In this document: positions 36,989 through 44,406 of the stretch, piece by piece
Layout: each line of letters opens with the position of its first letter
Numbering within the stretch: the first letter of the stretch is position 1
Assembly (NCBI GenBank): GCA_018436095.1
Contig: JAHDMJ010000005.1
Span: forward strand, 76,400 to 140,399
Length of the DNA: 64,000 bases
Direction: 5' to 3'
DNA from: Clostridia bacterium
GTDB taxonomy: Bacteria > Bacillota > Peptococcia > DRI-13 > UBA5745
Program-made: the position numbers and the translations under genes
The notes under the pieces: model-generated
The model's database searches: none
Told to the model about the DNA's origin: nothing
What the model saw: only the letters and a program-made list of their open reading frames with translations

Positions 36989-37681
36989 TTATTCGCCTTC
37001 AAGCTTATAGCCCACACCCCAAACTGTTTTAATCTGCCAGGTGTTGGCCGGCTTTTCCAGCTTCTCCCGCAATCGCTTAACATGGACATCTACCGTCCGG
37101 GTATCTCCATAATAAGTGTAGCCCCAGACTTTTTCCAGCAACTGTTCCCGGGAAAAAACCGTGTTGCGGTGCAGCAGCAGAAAATGCAAAAGCTGAATCT
37201 CCTTAGGCTTTAAATCCACTACCGTCTGATCGAGAGTCACCTGATAGCGGCTTAAATCCACCACCAGATTGCCAATGGCTAAAGGAAGCTGGTCATCAGC
37301 CCCTGCTTCATCCTGCTTATCCCGCAGCCGGGCCTTGACTCTGGCCACCAACTCCTTCGTCTCAAAAGGCTTGACCATGTAGTCGTCGGCGCCGGATTCA
37401 AAGCCCTGAAGCTTATCGTCCAGCATATCTCTGGCTGTTAGCATGATGATAGGCACGGTGCTGACTTTCCGCACGGCCCGGCAAACATCCCAGCCGTCCA
37501 TCACCGGCATCATCACATCCAGAATAATCAGGTCAATTTTTTCTTTTTCCACGTATTCCAGAGCCTTGGAGCCGTCGTTGGCCACAAGGATCTGAAAGCC
37601 TTCATTGGCCAGATACATTTTTAATAAGCGGCAGATATTCTCGTCGTCATCAACTACTAATATGCGCTTTTCTTCCGTCAT
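36989..37681 (-). CDS. OmpR-family response regulator
   Basis: 230 aa: receiver domain (ILVVDDDENI...DLIILDVMMP) plus winged helix (LKPKEIQLLHFLLLHRNTVFSREQLL...VDVHVKRLREKL...TVWGVGYKL). Confidence 0.9.
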   Translation of the reverse strand: MTEEKRILVVDDDENICRLLKMYLANEGFQILVANDGSKALEYVEKEKIDLIILDVMMPVMDGWDVCRAVRKVSTVPIIMLTARDMLDDKLQGFESGADDYMVKPFETKELVARVKARLRDKQDEAGADDQLPLAIGNLVVDLSRYQVTLDQTVVDLKPKEIQLLHFLLLHRNTVFSREQLLEKVWGYTYYGDTRTVDVHVKRLREKLEKPANTWQIKTVWGVGYKLEGE

Positions 37682-37717
37682 GCTTCTTCCCCCTTATGCC
37701 CAAAACGGGCATCTGTG

Positions 37718-37762
37718 TCATCCTTCAATTGCCTGCTGAACAGCCTTGATCTTTGCCGGCGG
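37718..37762 (-). pseudogene. Vestigial diverged copy of the last 14 codons and stop of the aminotransferase gene
   Basis: Encodes PPAKIKAVQQAIEG*, against AAKIKAAQKAIEG* at the true gene end (38315). Nucleotide identity is about 70% by eye. Homology stops exactly where the repeat block begins. Confidence 0.6.
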
Positions 37763-37925
37763 ACATACGCACCCTAAGTTCTTAGGATAGCGGATTGTAT
37801 CCGTAGGACTGTATCCGTAGGACTGTATCCGTAGGACTGTATCCGTAGGATTGTATCCGCAGGAACATCCGCGCCCTAAGTGCTCAGGATAGCGGATTGT
37901 ATCCGTAGGATTGTGTCGTTCCGTA
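37763..37925. repeat. Higher-order tandem repeat: 32-33 nt unit plus 14-nt unit TGTATCCGTAGGAC x5, then the 32-33 nt unit again plus 1-2 further 14-mers
   Basis: 14-mers run from 37796 to 37865. ACATACGCACCCTAAGTTCTTAGGATAGCGGAT (37763) recurs as ACATCCGCGCCCTAAGTGCTCAGGATAGCGGAT (37865). Confidence 0.9.
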
Positions 37926-37973
37926 GTCCGCCTATGTTCTGAGCAATACCCCTCGGGCGATTCTGTACAATTT

Positions 37974-38240
37974 TTTCGGTTGTACGCGTTTTCCGGATTC
38001 GGCCTGTACAATTTTTACGTTTGTGGGTGAATTGCAGCGGCTTCCGAGGCCATTTTTAGCCAGTTTCAGCCAATTGCAGGCCGATTTGGGGCAATTTTTT
38101 CGTCCACGCCAGAATATCTCTCCTGCATTTCACATATAAACGCAATTTTTGTACACTTGACCTCTGACAGCGGCATACAAATGCAATTTTTGTACAAACT
38201 CGCCGCCAAGGGCCATCGCCGGCAGCGCCGGGAGTCATTG
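37974..38240. repeat. Degenerate member of the 41-bp-phased repeat family (TGTACA-type motifs) plus one GC-rich unit
   Basis: TGTACAATTTTT at 37974 and 38015 (41 bp apart). GCAATTTTTGTACA at 38152 and 38193 (41 bp apart). The GC unit CGCCGCCAAGGGCCATCGCCGGCAG at 38209-38240 resembles the 37-bp units at 52115-52198. Confidence 0.7.
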
Positions 38241-38314
38241 CCCTATTGCCGCAGCACCGGTCAATGCTCCATGAATTCGCCACCCTTTTTTCTTAACTAA
38301 ATTACATTGAGCTG

Positions 38315-39568
38315 TCAACCTTCGATAGCTTTTTGGGCCGCTTTAATCTTTGCCGCTAGCCCCGGCATTTTGCTTTTGGGCACGGCGCAGACCGCCAGGC
38401 GAACACCCTTGCCCATAGCTACCAGATAAATATTTTGCTCCATCAGTTTAGCGCAAAGAGCCTTGGGATCTTTGGCCGGAATAGTGATGAAAAAGCCGCC
38501 AAAATAAGGCAGAATCTTCAAATCCGCTTCATTTGCCTCATCCACAAAGATTTTGGCCCGCTCAATCAAAAGGTCAACTAAAGCCCCTCTTTCCGCGTCG
38601 GCTCTGGCTGAAAGCTGAGAGTCATTATTGATCTTGGCCAACAGCTCCTGGGCTCCGTGATTGCCGTTAGACCAGGCGCCCCGGGCGGAATAAGAATGTA
38701 TGTTGGTAAAATCCTTCATCACTGCCGCCGATTGATGGCAGCCCACAATAGCACCGCTGCGCATACCGTAAACGAAAAAGGATTTCGACATGCTAAAAGC
38801 GATAACTATCTGCATGTTTTCCGGCAGGTCCGTGAACATACTTAAAAAGCGGCGGGCTTCCTTGGGATCGCCGCAATAATCCACATAGGCCATATCCAGG
38901 CCGATAACGATTTTCTTGCCGCTTCCCATAGCCAGATTCTTGAAAAAGGGAATCAAATCCGCCCAGTCGGATTCTGACAAGCTGTAGCCTGTAGGGTTAT
39001 GGCCGGGGGTATTGAATATCATCAGCAACTGGCTTTGCTTTTCTAAATATGCCTGAGCCTTGGCTTTAATATCTTTGGTGGTAAACTGCAGTTTCTCGTC
39101 AAACATCTCATAAGTGGCATAGCCTCTTTGACATTCTTCAGCAATGGTTTTATAAGGAGCCCAAAACCAATCGGGGATCAAAACCGTCTCCCCTTCGTCC
39201 AGATAATTAAAGATCATCAGGCGGACAGCCCCGGTACCCCCTGGGGTAGCAACGGCTGCGGCAGTGGTGTCTGCCGGCTGAAAGCCCTGGAAAGTATAAT
39301 CAATGGCTGCCTGAATAAACTCCGGAGAGCCGCTGATGGTGGCATAATCCATCAAAGTCTCTGCCGGTAACCGGCGGAATTCTTCGTCCACTACCGGCAA
39401 TATGCTGAATTCGCCGTCCTCGCCCCGCATGGCGCCGATGGATCCATCTATAATATTCTCTGCCCCCGGCAGCTTTTTGGCTTCTCTGATTTTTGCCACC
39501 ACGGCAAATACGGAATCCGGTTCGCTGCCTTTACCTGCAGCATGCCTTGCAGCCATCGATTCTAACAT
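38315..39568 (-). CDS. Class I/II aminotransferase (aspartate/aromatic type)
   Basis: 417 aa with PLP lysine context AFSMSKSFFVYGMRSG and FNTPGHNPTGYS. Confidence 0.8.
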   Translation of the reverse strand: MLESMAARHAAGKGSEPDSVFAVVAKIREAKKLPGAENIIDGSIGAMRGEDGEFSILPVVDEEFRRLPAETLMDYATISGSPEFIQAAIDYTFQGFQPADTTAAAVATPGGTGAVRLMIFNYLDEGETVLIPDWFWAPYKTIAEECQRGYATYEMFDEKLQFTTKDIKAKAQAYLEKQSQLLMIFNTPGHNPTGYSLSESDWADLIPFFKNLAMGSGKKIVIGLDMAYVDYCGDPKEARRFLSMFTDLPENMQIVIAFSMSKSFFVYGMRSGAIVGCHQSAAVMKDFTNIHSYSARGAWSNGNHGAQELLAKINNDSQLSARADAERGALVDLLIERAKIFVDEANEADLKILPYFGGFFITIPAKDPKALCAKLMEQNIYLVAMGKGVRLAVCAVPKSKMPGLAAKIKAAQKAIEG

Positions 39569-39731
39569 GAAAAAAACCTCCTACAATTCACTCTTCAATT
39601 GTACAATATATCATATTTTGCGAATTTTATATAGGGGAACTTCTTCCTTTTGCTGTATACAAAGCCTTTTTCTTGGGATAATAACGAGACGATAGATATC
39701 CTCCGCCTCGTTGAAACGCTCATAGGTAAGG

Positions 39732-39754
39732 GAAATTTCTTCGATCGAAATTTC
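39732..39754. promoter_or_regulatory. Near-palindromic 23-mer upstream of the DUF421 gene, candidate operator
   Basis: GAAATTTC-TTCGATC-GAAATTTC, about 50 bp upstream of ATG 39803. Confidence 0.3.
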
Positions 39755-39802
39755 TACTGAGACGTTATAGGTGAAGATGCCCTGTAAGGAGAATATTGCC
39801 AT

Positions 39803-40501
39803 ATGTTTATTACATTTTTCCGAACGGTGTTTCTTTTTTTACTTGTGACCCTGATCATGCGGATCATGGGAAAAAGGCAAATCGGCGAACTCCAGCCCTA
39901 TGAGCTGGTGGTCACTCTTCTTATTTCCGAGTTGGCTGCCATTCCTATGGCCTCATCGGACCTGCCTCTATTATCCGGAATTATTCCCATGCTGATTCTC
40001 CTGCTTTCCCAACTGACAATTTCCTGGTGGGCTTTAAAAAGCAACCGGGCCAGGGAATTTATCTGCGGTAAGCCGGCGGTGCTCATTGAGCGGGGCCGTA
40101 TTATGGAAGAAGCCCTGCTTTCGACCCGTTTAAACCTTACTGACCTGTTGGAACTCTTGCGGATTAAAGGCTTTGCCGATCCCACCCAGGTGGAATTTGC
40201 TATCCTGGAAACCTGCGGCCAACTCAGCGTGATTCCTAAGTCTCTGTATAAGCCTGTCACCATAGAAGATATGGGGCTAACACCGCCGCCGGAAGAGGCG
40301 CCACCGGTCCTGATCGTCATGGATGGGCGGCTAATCGGCGGTAATCTTAAGATAGCGGGAATAACGCGGCCTATTTTGGATAACATGCTGGCAAAAGAAG
40401 GCATCAACGGCATAGAGGAATTGTTCTTTGCCGCCATAGACCAGACGGAAGGTTTGCTTTATCAGAAAAAAAGCAAGAAATCAAAAACAAAAAAGGAGTG
40501 A
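39803..40501 (+). CDS. DUF421 (YetF/YdfS-like) membrane protein
   Basis: 232 aa: MFITFFRTVFLFLLVTLIMRIMGKRQIGELQPYELVVTLLISELAA, the hallmark N-terminus of DUF421 spore-membrane proteins. Confidence 0.8.
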   Translation: MFITFFRTVFLFLLVTLIMRIMGKRQIGELQPYELVVTLLISELAAIPMASSDLPLLSGIIPMLILLLSQLTISWWALKSNRAREFICGKPAVLIERGRIMEEALLSTRLNLTDLLELLRIKGFADPTQVEFAILETCGQLSVIPKSLYKPVTIEDMGLTPPPEEAPPVLIVMDGRLIGGNLKIAGITRPILDNMLAKEGINGIEELFFAAIDQTEGLLYQKKSKKSKTKKE

Positions 40502-40506
40502 TAACA

Positions 40507-40896
40507 GTGAAACAGAACCTTACGCCTGCTATCATTATCTTTCTCCTTATCGCCTTGATTTCCTGCTGTTTTTACAGCGGCCATTTGTTGGATAAAGTCT
40601 CGCAGCAGCTTTTGACCGATGTCAATGCTTTAGAAATTCTGCTGGCAGACAAAAATTGGGAGGCTGCCCTGGATTTGCAGGAGCAACTGGCAAAACAATG
40701 GGAAAGGGAGCAAAAAACCTGGGCCCTTATGCTGGACCACCAGGAATTGGAGAAAATCACCGGGTCACTGGCCCGCTTGAAAAGCCGGCTAATCCAGCAA
40801 AACCACGAAGAAGCGGAGATGGAGCTTTCCTCTCTGGGTTACCTTATCAGCCACGTGCCGGAAAAAGAAAAGTTGACTTTGGAAAACTTTTTTTAG
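40507..40896 (+). CDS. DUF4363-like small membrane-anchored protein
   Basis: One TM then a helical domain. This type usually follows DUF421 genes. I prefer GTG 40507, which lies 8 nt after GGAG, over GTG 40498 in the track. Confidence 0.6.
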   Translation: MKQNLTPAIIIFLLIALISCCFYSGHLLDKVSQQLLTDVNALEILLADKNWEAALDLQEQLAKQWEREQKTWALMLDHQELEKITGSLARLKSRLIQQNHEEAEMELSSLGYLISHVPEKEKLTLENFF

Positions 40897-40942
40897 GAAA
40901 TTCGGTTTACCGCGCTCTAGCAGCAAAGCAGCCGCCATTGGT

Positions 40943-41136
40943 CTGAGGCGGTGAAGCAGTGGGTTGGCAAGCCGGCGAGGCAGTGAGGGGCAGCCTGAGG
41001 CAGTGGGTAGTAGCCTAAGGCAGTGAGTGGCAGCCTGAGGCAATGAGTGGCAACCTGAGGCAGTGAGTGGCAACCTGAGGCAGTGAGTGGCAACCTGAGG
41101 CAGTGGGTGGCAACCTGAGGCAGTGAGTGGTAAGTC
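40943..41136. repeat. Tandem 20-bp repeat GAGGCAGTGAGTGGCAACCT, 8 clear copies plus 1-2 degenerate
   Basis: Units start at 40977, 40997, 41017, 41037, 41057, 41077, 41097 and 41117. A single related unit occurs at about 52215-52236. Confidence 0.9.
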
Positions 41137-41142
41137 AACACT

Positions 41143-41388
41143 CAAAATTTCAACTTTGTACCCGACTGCCAGGCATTTTGTGCAAAATTGCAAGTTTGTA
41201 TCCCTTATTCATGCAATTTTTCGCTTAAAGTTTCAGATTTATGGTATAAATAAACTTTTTCCCTCATAATTTTAAATTCAAGGCATATTTTGGCTAGACA
41301 AACCTGCAATTTTGCACAGTTAGCCTAAGCGAACGGGAACAAACCTGCAATTTTGCACATTTGCCAGGGAAACGGGTTGACAAACTGA
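41143..41388. repeat. Opposed 41-bp-phased motif arrays around an AT-rich 88-bp core (copy 2 of the family)
   Basis: AAAATTTCAACTTTGT at 41154 and AAAATTGCAAGTTTGT at 41194. The reverse complement ACAAACCTGCAATTTT is at 41298 and 41339, with a truncated ACAAACTG at 41380 (spacing 41, 41). Confidence 0.8.
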
Positions 41389-41618
41389 GGACACTGAAAA
41401 AGTCGCTTTCCATCCAGCCAGGTGTACAAAAAATGAGGTTTTACGTTTGTTTGCCTTAGCTAACTGCCAATATTTCAAGTTTTGCCGTACTGATCACCGT
41501 CTTTTGCCTGGATTTAGTGTCTAAGGCGGATTAAGTGCCTATTTTAATAGCGCGAACCCCACAATACTTCAAAATTTGTACATCCGGCCATAACCACTAA
41601 GGCTCCTTTTTCACGGTC
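41389..41618. mobile_element. 230-bp MITE-like element, copy B, inverted relative to copy A
   Basis: Colinear over its whole length with the reverse complement of 12661-12890. Examples: GGACACTGAAAAAGTCGCTTTCCATCCAGCCAGGTGTACAAAAAA against GGGCACTGAAAAAGTCGCTTCCTATCCAGCCGTGTGTACAAAAAA, and ATTTAGTGTCTAAG shared internally. Its last 22 bp are the final codons and stop of the ABC gene. Confidence 0.7.
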
Positions 41619-43324
41619 AGAAGCCGGCCGCCCATGAGGGCCACCTCGTCCTGACTATGGGTCACCATCAGCGTGGTAATGCCTTGGCTGTATTGCCGGA
41701 TATAATTGGCGGTCATCTCTTTATTTTGCTCATCCAGCCCTTTGAGGGGCTCATCCAAAAACAACACCTGGCCTGCTGCCAGCACGGCCCGGCAAATAGC
41801 CACCCGGCGCCGCATACCGCCGGAAAGCTCCCGTACCGGCTGCTCCAGGCTGTCTCCCAGACCCAAGGCTGTCAAATGAGCGGTTATGGCAGCCGGGGCG
41901 GTTTTTTTGCCGCAGGCAAACCCGATATTGGCTATAGCATTAAAGCTTTCGCAAAGCCGGTCCTCTTGAAATACGGCGCTGATCTTCAGGCCTGCCAAGC
42001 CTGTGATGCTTCCGGCATCCGGCTGCTCCAGGCCCATTAAAATGTGGAGCAGCGTGGTCTTGCCTACGCCAGAATCCCCCATGATGCAGGTGCAGTTGCC
42101 CCCGGAAAAGGTGGCGCTGTAATCCTGCAATACTTTTTTATTGCCATATACTTTGGTAAGCCCTTGCACTTCAATATCCGGCAAAGGCTGGGAAAAGCCG
42201 GATCCTGCCGGCAGCACCGGGGTTTCAACGGCAGGCTTCGAAGCCTGGGCTACAGCAACCCCCGGCAACGACCTCTCGCTGACGGAAGGCTCTACCTCCG
42301 GCCCATCTTCCAGCCCCCCGGCTTCCTGTGTCCCGGCTTCCGGCATCCCGGCTTCCTGTGTCCCATCTTCCAGCCCCCCGGCTTCCTGTGTCCCGGCTTC
42401 CTGCATCCCAGCCCCCAGCGTTCCGGCCTCCAGTGCGCCGGCCTTCGGTGCGCCGGCCCAAAGCCCCCGGCCGGCGGCAACAGAACCGGCATTCACCGCT
42501 GGCTCATACCTGCCTATACCCTCCAATTTGCGGTAAGCTATTTTGATGAGGGCGATAAACAGCTTTTCAAAAGCCACACTGATCAAAATAATTACCGCGG
42601 TCCAGGCAAAAAGATCCTGGGCATTAAGATATATCTTGGCTTGATACAGCATCTCGCCGATAGAGCCGCCGGGAATACCAATGACTTCGGCGGCGATACC
42701 GGATTTCCAGGTCATGCCAAGAGATATGCTGCAGGCCGAAAGCAAATAGGGCTTTAACTGGGGCAGGTAGATATAGACCAGCCGCCGGCCCCAGCCGGCC
42801 CGAAAAACCGCCGCCATCTCCAGCAGATGCCGGTCGGTACTCCGTATGCCTTGCAGCATATTGGTATAAATAACGGGCAGCACCATCAAAAACGAAATGA
42901 TGATTGATAAATTGCGGGAACCCCACCAGATCAGGCAAAGAATGATGAAGGAAGCCACCGGCGTGGCTTTAATTACCGTGATGTAGGGCCAAAACAAAGT
43001 CTCCAGCAAAGGAAAACGGCCGGCAGCCGCAGCTAGCAGCGAACCAAGGGCTAAAGCGGCAAAAAAACCGGTGACAATCCGGCTGAAAGAAAACCAAACT
43101 GTCTGCCAAAAGCTCAACTGGCTCCATAAGGCTAAAAGCCTGCGGAATACCGCCGCAGGCGTAGCCACCAAAAAGCCGCCCAAAACTACGAAGTGCTCAA
43201 ACAGCATAGCCCCCAACTGCCACAGAATCAGAGCCAGCAATACGGAGAATAACAACGGGTATCTTCGTTGGTTCTTTAATCCTTCTTTATTTCTGGTAAT
43301 AGAAATCATCTCCCGGCAGAGCAC
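41597..43324 (-). CDS. Fused ABC transporter permease-ATPase (NitT/TauT family) with a repetitive A/G/E/Q-rich linker
   Basis: 575 aa. The N-terminal half is a BPD-type permease. The linker is EAGTLGAGMQEAGTQEAGGLEDGTQEAGMPEAGTQEAGGLEDG (DNA tandem repeat at about 42290-42420). The C-terminal ATPase has GDSGVGKTT, LSGGMRRR, LFLDEP and VTHS. The start may be ATG 43309 (MISITRNK). Confidence 0.8.
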   Translation of the reverse strand: MLCREMISITRNKEGLKNQRRYPLLFSVLLALILWQLGAMLFEHFVVLGGFLVATPAAVFRRLLALWSQLSFWQTVWFSFSRIVTGFFAALALGSLLAAAAGRFPLLETLFWPYITVIKATPVASFIILCLIWWGSRNLSIIISFLMVLPVIYTNMLQGIRSTDRHLLEMAAVFRAGWGRRLVYIYLPQLKPYLLSACSISLGMTWKSGIAAEVIGIPGGSIGEMLYQAKIYLNAQDLFAWTAVIILISVAFEKLFIALIKIAYRKLEGIGRYEPAVNAGSVAAGRGLWAGAPKAGALEAGTLGAGMQEAGTQEAGGLEDGTQEAGMPEAGTQEAGGLEDGPEVEPSVSERSLPGVAVAQASKPAVETPVLPAGSGFSQPLPDIEVQGLTKVYGNKKVLQDYSATFSGGNCTCIMGDSGVGKTTLLHILMGLEQPDAGSITGLAGLKISAVFQEDRLCESFNAIANIGFACGKKTAPAAITAHLTALGLGDSLEQPVRELSGGMRRRVAICRAVLAAGQVLFLDEPLKGLDEQNKEMTANYIRQYSQGITTLMVTHSQDEVALMGGRLLTVKKEP

Positions 43325-44339
43325 CGCCTACAGATTTAGGATTCTGATCAAAGAGCACTTGCAGATAACCGGCCATAGCCTGCTTCATGGTTTCGCCGTC
43401 CAAATAAATAATATTGCAATACGGTATAGCTTTTTCGGCAATAGCTGCCTTGACAATGTCGAACTTCTCCACCAGGGCAGCGGCTTCCTGGACATTGCTA
43501 TTGACGTATTCCGTGGAAGCTTTATACTCTTCCAGGAATTTAGCCACTTGCTCCGGATATTCCTCAGCAAAGGCGGTGCGTACCACCAGGACGCCGGTAA
43601 TCAGCATACTGCCGCTGTCCAAGGCATCCCATTCTTTCGTCATATCCAAGGCAACCCGAAGACTAGGCAAGGTGTTTTGAGCCACCGTTACGTAAGGCTG
43701 AGGCATCATGGCCACACCGCCGCTCTGGCCCAGAAGGGCCACAACCTCCGTAGGCTCCGATTTCCATTCTATGGTTACATCTTTATCAGGATCGACGCCA
43801 TTTTCCAGCAAGATATGGCGCAAGGCATACTCCGGCGTAGAACCTTTGCCGGTAGCATAGATAGTTTGACCTTTTAAGTCTTCGATAGTCCCGATATCCT
43901 CACCTGTCTCCACTATGTAGAGAACACCAAGGGTATTGACTGCCGCCAGCTTTATGGCACCTTTTGTATTATTATAGAGTACTGCCGCCAGATTGGCAGG
44001 TACCGCCGCAATATCCAGTTGGCCTTGCACCAGCTTAGGCGTCAATTCGTCGGCGGCGCCGGCAATGGTGAATTCATATTCATTGAAAGCACTGCCTTCT
44101 TCAGCATCTTGCAAAAGCTTTACCATGCCCATAGAAGTAGGCCCCTTCAAACCGCCCAGGCGGATAGTGGCGGGTTCAATCTCCGGCACCGGATTTGCAG
44201 GTTCCGCAGCCTCCCCAGTCCCAACAGCAGCCTGGGGCGAAGGGGCCCCGGGTTTTGAGCCCTCTCCCGCCGAACCGCAGCCGGCCAGCAGCCCTGCCGC
44301 TAATGTAACCATTAACAATACTGCTAATACTTTTTTCAT
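43287..44339 (-). CDS. ABC substrate-binding lipoprotein (NMT1/THI5-like, NitT/TauT family)
   Basis: 350 aa with lipobox LLAGCGS, periplasmic-binding-protein type 2 pattern, and a strong RBS (AGGAGGAG). Confidence 0.75.
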   Translation of the reverse strand: MKKVLAVLLMVTLAAGLLAGCGSAGEGSKPGAPSPQAAVGTGEAAEPANPVPEIEPATIRLGGLKGPTSMGMVKLLQDAEEGSAFNEYEFTIAGAADELTPKLVQGQLDIAAVPANLAAVLYNNTKGAIKLAAVNTLGVLYIVETGEDIGTIEDLKGQTIYATGKGSTPEYALRHILLENGVDPDKDVTIEWKSEPTEVVALLGQSGGVAMMPQPYVTVAQNTLPSLRVALDMTKEWDALDSGSMLITGVLVVRTAFAEEYPEQVAKFLEEYKASTEYVNSNVQEAAALVEKFDIVKAAIAEKAIPYCNIIYLDGETMKQAMAGYLQVLFDQNPKSVGGALPGDDFYYQK

Positions 44340-44381
44340 ACCTGTCTCCTCCTAATCTTTCTCTGTCTGATCTTTCTTAAT

Positions 44382-44406
44382 AAAAAAACCACGCCAAAAG
44401 GCGTGG
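44382..44406 (-). terminator. Rho-independent terminator in the leader, 45 nt upstream of the ABC operon start codon
   Basis: Minus strand: CCACGCC-tttt-GGCGTGG followed by TTTTTTT. It is either the terminator of the CBS gene or the expression platform of a leader or riboswitch. Confidence 0.7.

Noticed and set aside
37796-37865. Possible CRISPR array, considered for the 14-mer repeats here and the 20-mer repeats at 40977-41136
   Set aside because: The units are head-to-tail with no unique spacers. The periods (14 and 20 bp) are far below CRISPR repeat-plus-spacer length, and no cas genes are in the window.
37718-38011. Track ORFs running through repeat loci: 37718-38011, 38056-38283, 40789-41193, 40917-41141, 52020-52247, 52336-52599, 52367-52594 and 52482-52910
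   Set aside because: Their sequences are periodic translations of tandem DNA repeats or of GC-rich non-coding DNA. They have no RBS and no recognisable fold. Only the last 14 codons of 37718-38011 are meaningful, as a gene remnant.
41318-41338. Integron attC-like core (GTTAGCC / GGCTAAC) in the spacers of the phased arrays
   Set aside because: The sequence does not satisfy GTTRRRY. There are no gene cassettes, no intI, and the repeat geometry (41-bp direct phasing) is unlike attC hairpins.
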